From: an uncultured Eubacteriales bacterium
Lineage (GTDB): Bacteria; Bacillota; Clostridia; Oscillospirales; Acutalibacteraceae
Reading direction: 5' to 3'
Assembly: GCA_948968885.1 (NCBI GenBank)
Contig: CAREUR010000001.1
Coordinates: forward strand, 9,026 to 73,025
DNA length: 64,000 nucleotides
Of the stretch, positions 8,846-17,255 are shown piece after piece; the first letter of the stretch is position 1, and each line of letters starts with the position of its first letter. The position numbers were made by a program, and so were the translations under genes. Under the pieces are notes generated by a model. That model saw only the letters and a program-made list of their open reading frames with translations, was not told the origin of the DNA and did no database searches.

Positions 8846-8984
8846 TCTGATCACCTCTTTTACATGGTATGTCGCCCCCGCCAAAAGTATGAAACTTTAT
8901 GCGCGTTTGCAAAATATCAAAATTTCGGCTATACTTAGTCCTAGATTACCCGGTTTTTTGGCGGTAAGAAAGGATTTTTAAGCT

Positions 8985-10157
8985 ATGAAAATCGCGCTTT
9001 TTTCAGATACCTTCGCTCCAGAAATAAACGGCGTGGCTATCCACGTGGCCGCCCTCAAAGAGGGGCTTGAGAGCCTTGGTCACGAGGTTTTGGTTGTTAC
9101 CACTAACCCTAAGAATACCACTACGTTCGAGGAGCACGGCGTTTTACATTGTCCGAGCATAAAATTAAAGCGGATTTACGGCTACGGTCTCTCTATGCCC
9201 ATCAATATGCGGCAATACCATATTATTAAAAAGTTCGCGCCCGATGTGATTCATATTCACACTGAGTTTGGAATCGGGCTGTTTGGCATCTTGGTTTCTA
9301 AGCTCCTAAAGCGCCCGGTTGTCTACACTCTGCACACCATTTACGACGACTACGTTTACTATGTTGTGCCCAAGCCCCTTGTTAAGACCGGTCAGCGCAT
9401 TTTTTACAAGTATATTCGGTCTCTTTACCGGCGCGCTACCGTTATTACGGGGCCTTCGCCCAAAAGTCACGAGTACCTCTCGCGCGCGGGGATTTCTCAG
9501 AACGTTGAGATTATCCCTAACCCCGTTGACGTTGACCGCTTTTCGCCCGAAAATGTCACGCCTTCGGACATTGCTAGGGTTCGGGAGAAGTACAGCATTC
9601 CGGCTGACGCTTTTGTCGGCTGCATTGTCTCGCGCGTTGGCAAGGAGAAGAGCATCGATATTTTGATTAATTATATCGAGAAATACGCCAAGATTAACGA
9701 TAAGTTCAGGTTTTTAGTCATTGGTGACGGCCCCGCTAAGGTTGACTTAGAAAAGCAGGCCAAAAAGTTGGGGATTGGCGATATAATTATATTTACGGGC
9801 AAGATTCCAAACTCCGAGCTTTTGCCTTACTACGCTGCCTGCGACGTTTTCTTGACCGCTTCGTTATCCGACACAAACTCGATATCTATGCTCGAGGCGA
9901 TGTCTATGGGCTTGCCGATAATTCAGCGTGACGATCCGATAAACAAAGGCCAGGTTGTGGAGAACATCAACGGATTCATCTTTAACGGCGAGGCCAGCTT
10001 TGTCAAAAAGTTGGACTTGGTTTACAATATGCCCCCGCAGCGGCGCTGCGAACTAAAGGCTCGCGTTCGAAACAGCGTGATTCACAGCAACACCAAAAAT
10101 AATATGGCGGTCAAGATTGTTGACGTTTACAACCATGCCATTGAGATATTTGCGTGA
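8985..10157 (+). CDS. glycosyltransferase family 4 (glycolipid or polysaccharide synthase type)
   Basis: 390 aa. The N-terminus MKIALFSDTFAPEINGVAIHV and the C-terminal region SISMLEAMSMGLPII (EX7E-like) are typical of GT4/GT-B enzymes. Confidence 0.9.
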   Translation: MKIALFSDTFAPEINGVAIHVAALKEGLESLGHEVLVVTTNPKNTTTFEEHGVLHCPSIKLKRIYGYGLSMPINMRQYHIIKKFAPDVIHIHTEFGIGLFGILVSKLLKRPVVYTLHTIYDDYVYYVVPKPLVKTGQRIFYKYIRSLYRRATVITGPSPKSHEYLSRAGISQNVEIIPNPVDVDRFSPENVTPSDIARVREKYSIPADAFVGCIVSRVGKEKSIDILINYIEKYAKINDKFRFLVIGDGPAKVDLEKQAKKLGIGDIIIFTGKIPNSELLPYYAACDVFLTASLSDTNSISMLEAMSMGLPIIQRDDPINKGQVVENINGFIFNGEASFVKKLDLVYNMPPQRRCELKARVRNSVIHSNTKNNMAVKIVDVYNHAIEIFA

Positions 10158-10196
10158 AGTGTTTTTCGATTTTAGAAAATAAGTGGGTGTGAGAAA

Positions 10197-11180
10197 ATGA
10201 TTATGAACAAAAAAAGAAGAAAGCTTTTGGCTATCCTCTCGGCTTGCACAGCCCTAATTCTTATTATCTTGCTTGCTATTGGCAACTATTTTTTTGACTA
10301 CGCTCTTGTGCGAAAAGGCGATGCTACCGATGGCGCGAACCGCGAAGTTGAGTCCAGCGCCGTTTCTTCGGCTCAGAGCCTTATTTTAAAAAATTACGAA
10401 AGCCAAGTCGAGGCTACCAACGATTGGCTTAAAACCGTCGACAGGAAGGATGTTTTTGTGACGTCTAAGGATAATCTTCGGCTGCACGGAGTTAAATTTC
10501 GTGCCAGCGCCAATTCCCACAACTACGCCATTGTCGTGCATGGGTACTCTAGCAGCTGCCGCCACGTCTTTGATCTCGCGCAACATTATCAGACCCACAG
10601 CTACAACGTTGTTACGCCTGATCTGCGCGCGTGCGGCGAGAGCGAGGGCAGCTACATCGGCATGGGCTGGCTGGACAAAGACGATATTCTAATTTGGATT
10701 TCATCAATTTTGGACGAGGACCCCGAGGCTAAAATCGTGCTGCATGGCGTCTCTATGGGCGCTGCCACTGTTATGATGCTCAGCGGCGAGAAGCTGCCTA
10801 AAAACGTGGTTGCAATCATTGAAGACTGCGGATACACTCGCGTTGATGAGGTTTTTTCGTCCGAGTTAAAGCTTCGGTTCAATTTGCCTCCCTTCCCGAT
10901 TATAAATTTTGCCAGTCTTGTCGCCAAGCTTCGCGCCGGATACAGCTTTGAGGAGGCTTCTAGTCTGGAGCAAATCAAAAAAGCAAGCGTTCCCATCTTG
11001 TTTATCCACGGTTCGCTCGACGATTTCATTCCGCTAGAGATGTGCCATCGGCTATACGATGCGGCTGATTGCAAAAAAGAAAAGCTCATAATAGATGGCG
11101 CCGGACATAATCAAAGTCGATTTTTGCAGCCGGACGAATACTATCAAGCGGTGTTCGATTTTATTGGCAACAACGTCTAA
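10197..11180 (+). CDS. membrane-anchored alpha/beta hydrolase
   Basis: N-terminal TM segment, nucleophile elbow HGVSMGA (GxSxG), and a downstream Asp (GSLDDFIP) and His (GAGHNQ). Confidence 0.85.
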   Translation: MIMNKKRRKLLAILSACTALILIILLAIGNYFFDYALVRKGDATDGANREVESSAVSSAQSLILKNYESQVEATNDWLKTVDRKDVFVTSKDNLRLHGVKFRASANSHNYAIVVHGYSSSCRHVFDLAQHYQTHSYNVVTPDLRACGESEGSYIGMGWLDKDDILIWISSILDEDPEAKIVLHGVSMGAATVMMLSGEKLPKNVVAIIEDCGYTRVDEVFSSELKLRFNLPPFPIINFASLVAKLRAGYSFEEASSLEQIKKASVPILFIHGSLDDFIPLEMCHRLYDAADCKKEKLIIDGAGHNQSRFLQPDEYYQAVFDFIGNNV

Positions 11181-11214
11181 ACAAAGCCATTTTTAACTCT
11201 AAAAAATAAAAAAT

Positions 11215-11242
11215 CCCTGAGATAAATCAGGGGTTCTTTTTT
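11215..11242. terminator. bidirectional hairpin terminator between convergent genes
   Basis: ccctga (11215-11220) pairs with tcaggg (11227-11232). An A-run lies upstream and a T-run downstream. Confidence 0.5.
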
Positions 11243-11693
11243 ATTGTGCGCCATTTTTTAAATTTTGTCGAGTCTTTCTCAAGTCCGCCACGGCGCCGGT
11301 TAGCGTCTCGTCCGTGTGCTTTATTACGTCGTCTATATACTCGTTCGTCGCCTGCTTCATCTCGCGGGCCTTCATCTTGGCCGCCAGCACCACTTCCTCC
11401 GCCATCTTTTGCGCCTGCTTTACGATTTCGTCCCGCTCCACCATGTACTTTGCCTTTTTCTCGGCCGCGTTTACAATCGATTCGGCTTCCTCTTTGGCTT
11501 CGCTAATAATTTGCGAGCGGTCTGCGATAATAGCCTTAGCTTGCCGCAGTTCATTTGGCAGCTCGTCGCGGATTTCGCTTATTAAATCCCGCACTCTCTC
11601 AATGTTTATGAGGCCTTTGCCCCCCGTCAGCGGCAAGTTCCACGCTTCCTTCGTCAGCTCCTCCAGCTCTTCCAAAATCTCTTCAACCCGCAC
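11241..11693 (-). CDS. coiled-coil protein resembling ATPase stalk (b/G-type) subunits, function unknown
   Basis: 150 aa. The GTG start follows AAAGGAGGAGATCAGA. Long Glu/Lys/Ala-rich helix (IISEAKEEAESIVNAAEKKAKYMVERDEIVKQAQKMAEEVV). Confidence 0.75.
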   Translation of the reverse strand: MRVEEILEELEELTKEAWNLPLTGGKGLINIERVRDLISEIRDELPNELRQAKAIIADRSQIISEAKEEAESIVNAAEKKAKYMVERDEIVKQAQKMAEEVVLAAKMKAREMKQATNEYIDDVIKHTDETLTGAVADLRKTRQNLKNGAQ

Positions 11694-11790
11694 TCTGATC
11701 TCCTCCTTTACGATTTTCGCAGTTTTGTTTTCTATTTTTAAGAATACTCGAAACCGCGCTCAAAATCAAGAATATTCTTTTTTCGCAAAA

Positions 11791-12339
11791 TTAACTATCG
11801 CCCCAATCGCAATAAATACTCACAGCAATCTTGCCGTATTTGTAAGCTTTAGTCAAATGAAAACTCGCTAAATCAAGCGGTAAATCTAAATCCATAGGGT
11901 GCTCGCAAATGATGATTCCGCCCTTTGCCATAACCTCGGGCAGCAAAAGCAGTGCTGTGTCTAGAACCTCGGATTTATAAGGCGGATCCAAAAAAGCTAT
12001 GTCAAATAATTTCTCTCGCTGCTTTTTTAAAAACAAAGCCGAGTTCGTATTCAAAACCGTTGCCCTTGCCATAAAGTCCGTCGCAGTCAGGTTCTTCTTT
12101 ATCACACTTATTGCAGCCCTATTCTCGTCGACAAATGTAGCCCGGCGTGCCCCTCGACTCAAGGCTTCTATCCCGATTTGGCCGGATCCTGCAAACAAGT
12201 CCAAAAAATTCGCGCCTGCCACGTCAAACTGAATCACATTAAAAATGGATTCCTTCACCTTATCCGTCGTCGGCCGGACAGCTTCATCCCTCAGCCGGTC
12301 CAGCTTTTTCCCTCTTTTTTGGCCCGCAATAACCCTCAT
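11791..12339 (-). CDS. rsmD: 16S rRNA (guanine966-N2)-methyltransferase
   Basis: DLFAGSGQIGIEALSRGA (SAM motif I) and the FLDPPY motif. 182 aa. Confidence 0.92.
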   Translation of the reverse strand: MRVIAGQKRGKKLDRLRDEAVRPTTDKVKESIFNVIQFDVAGANFLDLFAGSGQIGIEALSRGARRATFVDENRAAISVIKKNLTATDFMARATVLNTNSALFLKKQREKLFDIAFLDPPYKSEVLDTALLLLPEVMAKGGIIICEHPMDLDLPLDLASFHLTKAYKYGKIAVSIYCDWGDS

Positions 12340-12381
12340 GCAAAAGTCCCCTCACACCGCAAAACCGCAAGAGTCAACTAT

Positions 12382-12410
12382 ATTATGCAATATTTGCCAC
12401 TCTTTGTCAA
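12382..12410 (-). promoter_or_regulatory. sigma-A-like promoter for rsmD (TTGACA-17-CATAAT)
   Basis: On the minus strand, TTGACA is at 12410-12405 and CATAAT at 12387-12382. Confidence 0.35.
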
Positions 12411-12478
12411 GTTAATTTGATTTTTTATTCATTTTATTTAATCTAATTTTTGTAAACAAGTCGAAAAACATTGCAATA

Positions 12479-14323
12479 TCAAGGTTTTCCTTCATTAAAA
12501 CACCTTTGAATGCTGACAGCAAGAGTCTGGCTTATTCCCGGAACCTTCACTAAGTCCGCTACGTCCGCCTGTTTGACCCTCTCCACACTCTTAAAGTACG
12601 TCAGCAGCAACTTGGCCTTTTTCTCGCCCACGCCCGGAACCTGTGTCAGCGCCGTAGTCAAGGTCTCCTGCTTCCTTTTTTGGCGGTGATATCCGATGGC
12701 GAACCTATGCACTTCCTCCTGTATAGACGAAATCAGCGTAAACGCCGCCCTGTTCGAATTTATCGCGATTTCCCCGCCGTCCTTAGCAATGGCTCGAGTT
12801 TTGTGCTTGGAGTCCTTGACCATGCCATACACCGGGATGCTCAGCCCGCGGCTTTGCAAGAGGCGCTTCACCGTCGAAACATGCCCATGTCCCCCGTCCA
12901 GCAAGATAAGATCTGGCAGCCGCTCAAAGCCGTTCGATGTCCCTTCGGTTGCGGCTTCGTACCTATCCAGCCGCCGCGAGATCACCTCGCACATCGACCC
13001 GTAGTCGTCCTGCCCGAGCACTGTCTTTATCTCAAACTTCTTATACGCCGACTTCAACGGCCGACCATTCTTAAAGACCACCATTCCCGCTACGTTGGCG
13101 CTCCCCGCTATGTTGGAGATGTCATAAGCCTCGATGTACACGGGCACCGCCGGCAGCGAGAGTAGCTTCGCCAGCTCGACAACTCCCGCCGTCTCTTTAA
13201 ACGGTCTGCTCAGCCTCTGCGAAAGCCTTTCTGCCGCGTTTTTTCGGCACATCTCTATCAATTCCAGCGCCTGGCCTCTCTTGGGCACGGCGATGCGCAC
13301 CTTTCTGCCTTGCTTTTGCCCCAAATAAGCCTCCACGCTGTCTTTGGCGTCTACAGGGCCGTCCACCAAGATCGTTGCCGGGATGTCGCTCTTCTTCATA
13401 TAGTACTGCACAATGAACTCCGCCCGCGATATCTCGGCCTCACCAACCTCGTTAAATACGAAATTGTCAGTATCGCACAGCCGACCGTTTAAAAAGCGAA
13501 ATACCTCAAAGCTCGAGACTCTCGCATCCTGCACCAGCGCGATTACGTCTTGAGTTTTGCCGTTTGTCGAGACGACTTTTTGCTTCTGGGTTATCTTTTT
13601 TATCGCCAAAATTTTGTCCCGTACTCTGGCGGCCTTTTCGTACTCCAGGCACTCCGAAAAATCGTACATCTTTTGCGTCAACTTTTTTATCGACTCCGTA
13701 TCGCCACCCTTCAAGAATTCTACGGCGTCGTTAACGTTCTCCAAGTACTCCTCGTGGCTTATCTTTCCGATGCACGGCGCGCTGCACTGGTTAATATGAT
13801 AGTTCAAGCACGCCCGAGCGCCATTCTTTCTGCCGTTTGGGTTAAAATCCTTCTTGCAGCGGGGCAATTTAAATATTTTCAAGGCCTCATCAATCGCCTT
13901 TGAGACGCTCGAGCCACTGGTGTACGGCCCAATATACGCCGACCCGTCGTCCAAAATTTGCTTGGATTCACGAATCCGCGGCCATTTTTCGTTGGTTATC
14001 TTGATGTAGTTGTAGCCCTTGTCGTCCTTGAGCAAGATGTTGTACTTCGGCGAGTACTGCTTGATCAAGCTGCACTCTAACACCAAGGCTTCGAATTCAT
14101 TGTCGGTCAAGATATAGTCGAAGTCGTCGACCTTCTCCACCATCTTGCGCACCTTTTCTTGGTGATTCTTCTGCGAACCAAAGTACTGGCTAACCCGATT
14201 TTTCAGCACCTTCGCCTTGCCAACATAAATTGTCCGCCCGCCAGCGTCCTTCATTATATAAACCCCAGAACTCTCCGGCAGATTCAGCGCTTTTTGCCTC
14301 AAATATCCCAATTTCTCGTTCAC
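12479..14323 (-). CDS. uvrC: excinuclease ABC subunit C
   Basis: GIY-YIG motif (SGVYIMKDAGGRTIYVGKA), UvrBC-interaction region, endonuclease domain and C-terminal HhH. GTG 14323 follows GAGGTGATTCTT; the track start 14332 lies inside that SD. Confidence 0.95.
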   Translation of the reverse strand: MNEKLGYLRQKALNLPESSGVYIMKDAGGRTIYVGKAKVLKNRVSQYFGSQKNHQEKVRKMVEKVDDFDYILTDNEFEALVLECSLIKQYSPKYNILLKDDKGYNYIKITNEKWPRIRESKQILDDGSAYIGPYTSGSSVSKAIDEALKIFKLPRCKKDFNPNGRKNGARACLNYHINQCSAPCIGKISHEEYLENVNDAVEFLKGGDTESIKKLTQKMYDFSECLEYEKAARVRDKILAIKKITQKQKVVSTNGKTQDVIALVQDARVSSFEVFRFLNGRLCDTDNFVFNEVGEAEISRAEFIVQYYMKKSDIPATILVDGPVDAKDSVEAYLGQKQGRKVRIAVPKRGQALELIEMCRKNAAERLSQRLSRPFKETAGVVELAKLLSLPAVPVYIEAYDISNIAGSANVAGMVVFKNGRPLKSAYKKFEIKTVLGQDDYGSMCEVISRRLDRYEAATEGTSNGFERLPDLILLDGGHGHVSTVKRLLQSRGLSIPVYGMVKDSKHKTRAIAKDGGEIAINSNRAAFTLISSIQEEVHRFAIGYHRQKRKQETLTTALTQVPGVGEKKAKLLLTYFKSVERVKQADVADLVKVPGISQTLAVSIQRCFNEGKP

Positions 14324-14365
14324 AAGAATCACCTCGCAACCTCTACCCGCAAAAACGGCCCTTGT

Positions 14366-14392
14366 AAATAAAAAGCACCGAAACCCGGTGCT
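14366..14392 (-). terminator. intrinsic terminator after ptsH
   Basis: Minus strand reads AGCACCG-GGTTT-CGGTGCT followed by TTTTTATTT. Confidence 0.55.
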
Positions 14393-14430
14393 AGCTGCTT
14401 TTTCAATATTATTATGCTAAAAAAGAAAAA

Positions 14431-14694
14431 TTAATCTGCAAATCCAGACTCGATCAATTTTGCCAGAGCCGACACCGCCGCTTCGTCGTCTGGCCCGTCG
14501 GCCAATATTTTTATCTTGGTGCCCTCCTCTATCCCCAAAGAAAGCACTCCCAGCAGGCTTTTGGCGTTTACTCTGCGCTCTTCCTTCTCTATCATGATTA
14601 GCGATTTAAACTCATTTGCCTTTTGGATAAAAAATGTAGCTGGGCGCGCATGTAAACCTGCTTGATTTTGAAGTACGACTTCTTTTACATACAT
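14431..14694 (-). CDS. ptsH: phosphocarrier protein HPr
   Basis: 87 aa. It has the His15 context (QAGLHARPA) and the Ser46 context (NAKSLLGVLSLG). Confidence 0.93.
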   Translation of the reverse strand: MYVKEVVLQNQAGLHARPATFFIQKANEFKSLIMIEKEERRVNAKSLLGVLSLGIEEGTKIKILADGPDDEAAVSALAKLIESGFAD

Positions 14695-14756
14695 GAAAAA
14701 CCACTCCTATACCAAAAATATAATCGACAAAATTCTCAAAAGACCCACCTATGCTA

Positions 14757-14784
14757 ATTATAGCATAATTGATAATATCGTCAA
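14757..14784 (-). promoter_or_regulatory. sigma-A-like promoter for ptsH (TTGACG-16-TGCTATAAT)
   Basis: On the minus strand, TTGACG is at 14784-14779 and the extended -10 TGC+TATAAT at 14765-14757. Confidence 0.45.
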
Positions 14785-14921
14785 GAACAATCGGACAAAT
14801 TTAGCATTATGAACGATTCTACCAGGGCCCTCATATGGACTTATTGTATATTTTACTACATTAAAACCTGTTTAAATTATATATTTCTAATAATTTCCAA
14901 TTTTAATTCCTAATAAATCAG

Positions 14922-15629
14922 CTAATTTTCTTGATTTTCCGGCAAATTTAATTTTTCAAACAAATCTGGCCGTTTGAGCTTTGTCCTTAGGCGTGACTGC
15001 TGTTTTCGCCATTTTTCTATATTTTCATGATGTCCAGAAAGCAAAATTTCCGGGACTTCTCTCCTCCGCCAAACTGCGGGTTTCGTATACTGCGGATATT
15101 CCAAAAGTCCGTCGTAGTGGCTCTCTTCCTTAAAGCATATGTCGTCCGCCAGCACCCCAGGCACCATCCGGCTAACTGCGTCCACCAAGACCAGCGCCGG
15201 CAGCTCGCCACCAGTCAGAACGTAGTCCCCAATCGAGATCTCCTCATCCACAAACTCCTCGATAAATCGCTCGTCCACGCCCTCATAATGTCCGCAAAGC
15301 ACCGCCAAATTCCCGCATTTAGAGAGCTCCTCTGCCTTCCGCTGTGTCAAAACTTCCCCTTGCGGCGACATATAGACAAGCTTGGGTCTGTCACCTAACT
15401 CCTCACACAAGGCCTCAAAGCACGCCGCGATAGGTTCCGCCATCATCAGCATGCCCATCCCCGGCCCATACACGGTGTCGTCCACCCGTTTGTGCTTATC
15501 GTTTGCGTAATCTCGAATCTGATGGCAAAAAACCTCGATGGCACCTTTCTTCTGCGCCCTGCCGATGATACTCTCGCTTATAACCGCGTTGCACATTTCT
15601 GGAAAAAGCGTTAAAATGTCAATCCTCAT
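14922..15629 (-). CDS. trmD: tRNA (guanine37-N1)-methyltransferase
   Basis: MRIDILTLFPEM N-terminus and LCGHYEGVDERF. ATG 15629 overlaps the rimM stop; the track start 15635 is TTG. Confidence 0.95.
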   Translation of the reverse strand: MRIDILTLFPEMCNAVISESIIGRAQKKGAIEVFCHQIRDYANDKHKRVDDTVYGPGMGMLMMAEPIAACFEALCEELGDRPKLVYMSPQGEVLTQRKAEELSKCGNLAVLCGHYEGVDERFIEEFVDEEISIGDYVLTGGELPALVLVDAVSRMVPGVLADDICFKEESHYDGLLEYPQYTKPAVWRRREVPEILLSGHHENIEKWRKQQSRLRTKLKRPDLFEKLNLPENQEN

Positions 15630-16137
15630 CGTCAAAAATCCCTCTCAGCGGCCGGATATTCATAATTTTATTTTTAATGTCAATCGAGCAAATCACGTTC
15701 TCAATGGCCGGCACCAGGTAATCCTTCCCTCGGCTATCGGTAACTTGGTAAACATCGTTCGCGCCGGTCTTCAGCACGTCCGTAACCCTGCCGTAACAAA
15801 CATTTGTGTCCGCGTCACAAGCCTCCAAGCCCAAAACGTCCTGTATAAAAAAGCGACCTTCCGGCAAGTCTACGTCATCTCTGCTCATAAAAAGAACCTT
15901 ACCCCGCAACAGTTCTGCCTGCTCCACAGAGTCAATTCCCGCAATCTTCATTCTAACCACGTTTTTGTGGACTTTTGCAAATAAAATCTCGACTTTTTTT
16001 TCTCCATTTTCATCAAAGTACAACTCTTTAAAACCACACAAAAAATCGCCATCGTCGCACCAAGGCTCAACCCTAATTTCGCCCCTCAGGCCATGCGGCG
16101 CCACTATTTTGCCTATCTCCAAAAATTTTTTACCCAA
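15619..16137 (-). CDS. rimM: 16S rRNA processing protein RimM
   Basis: LEIGKIVAPHGLRGEIRV and a PRC-barrel C-terminus. TTG 16137 lies 7 nt after GGTGGAGGA and gives 172 aa. The track start 16197 abuts the GNAT stop and has no RBS. Confidence 0.9.
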   Translation of the reverse strand: MGKKFLEIGKIVAPHGLRGEIRVEPWCDDGDFLCGFKELYFDENGEKKVEILFAKVHKNVVRMKIAGIDSVEQAELLRGKVLFMSRDDVDLPEGRFFIQDVLGLEACDADTNVCYGRVTDVLKTGANDVYQVTDSRGKDYLVPAIENVICSIDIKNKIMNIRPLRGIFDDED

Positions 16138-16197
16138 AAAAATTCCTCCACCATCCACAATGCAAAAGGACGTACCAAAAATACGTCCCTTCCCCAA

Positions 16198-16632
16198 TTA
16201 AAGCGGTTTGCAAAATTTAAAGTGAGAATTTACCATCCCCAAGCGCTCATAAAACCTGTGTGCCCGCTCGCGGACTCGATTAGAGCTGACTTCCATACGA
16301 GTACATCCTCTACTTTTGGCCAATTTGCAAGCTTTCTCAAAAATAGCACTGCCAATCCCGCAAGAACGATGCTTCGCCGTAACAGAAAGTTCCATAATCT
16401 CAGCAATCTTCTCACAATGATGCAGCTGATCCTCAAACCGCAAAGTAGCCTCGCCCAACACTTCATCGCCTTTTTGCGCAATAATCACAGCATAAAAGTC
16501 GCCACGGTGCATCATCTCACCATAAATCCGCTCAAAATCTGCATAATTAAGCTCGCAATCTTCCAACTCACAAATCAATGAGTGCACAGCCCGGCAATCA
16601 TCCATAGTTCCCAGCCGAATCACAAAAAGCAC
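16198..16632 (-). CDS. GNAT family N-acetyltransferase
   Basis: 144 aa. Acetyl-CoA motif A (TAKHRSCGIGSAIFEKACKLA) and C-terminus RAHRFYERLGM. Confidence 0.88.
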   Translation of the reverse strand: MLFVIRLGTMDDCRAVHSLICELEDCELNYADFERIYGEMMHRGDFYAVIIAQKGDEVLGEATLRFEDQLHHCEKIAEIMELSVTAKHRSCGIGSAIFEKACKLAKSRGCTRMEVSSNRVRERAHRFYERLGMVNSHFKFCKPL

Positions 16633-16683
16633 CTCTAAACAAAATTAATCTAAAAGCGAAAAATTTGTCCTCACAAAATTAAA

Positions 16684-16926
16684 TCACTCTGCAATCTCAA
16701 CCGCAACTCTGTGTTTTTTTCGAATCGCCGCTGAGCGCATAACCATGCGAATAGCCTTAGCAATGCGGCCCTGTTTGCCAATGACTCTGCCCATATCACT
16801 CTGCGCAACGTGCAGCCGATAGACCGTCACGCCGTTTTCATTGGCACCTTCAACGTCCACGCTAACATCATCTGGATTTTCGACCAATCCCCGCGCAATG
16901 GTAATCAACAACTCTTTCAAAGACAA
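16684..16926 (-). CDS. ylqC: KH-domain RNA-binding protein (YlqC family)
   Basis: 80 aa with the GXXG loop VIGKQGRIAKAIR. It sits between rpsP and rimM as in Bacillus. Confidence 0.9.
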   Translation of the reverse strand: MSLKELLITIARGLVENPDDVSVDVEGANENGVTVYRLHVAQSDMGRVIGKQGRIAKAIRMVMRSAAIRKKHRVAVEIAE

Positions 16927-16938
16927 TTCCCCCGTTTG

Positions 16939-17181
16939 TTAAAGAATTTCGAACTTTCTCAGCAAGGACTTCACCGTGTCCGTTGGCTGAGCTCCATTTT
17001 TTATCCATTTTTGCACCTTTTCGCCATCAACCTTAAAATCAACCGGGTCCTTCAAAGGGGCATAATATCCCAGCTCCTCGATGAATCTACCGTCCCTAGG
17101 AAATCTCGAATCGGCAACAACAATGCGATAAAAAGGAGTTTTTTTAGCGCCCATGCGGCGCAACCTGATTTTTACTGCCAT
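16939..17181 (-). CDS. rpsP: 30S ribosomal protein S16
   Basis: [26 protein letters not shown] is the canonical S16 N-terminus. Confidence 0.96.
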   Translation of the reverse strand: MAVKIRLRRMGAKKTPFYRIVVADSRFPRDGRFIEELGYYAPLKDPVDFKVDGEKVQKWIKNGAQPTDTVKSLLRKFEIL

Positions 17182-17255
17182 TTAAAACCTCACCTCCCAA
17201 GCTTGATATAGCGCCCATCCTGAGCAGTTTGTATTAATTAACAAATAATCATAAG

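Noticed and set aside
12371-12392. ctatattatgcaatattt resembles the central part of a Firmicute dif site.
   Set aside because: Only the ATATTATG core matches. The flanking Xer-binding arms do not match, and the sequence is better explained as the -10 region (CATAAT) of the rsmD promoter.
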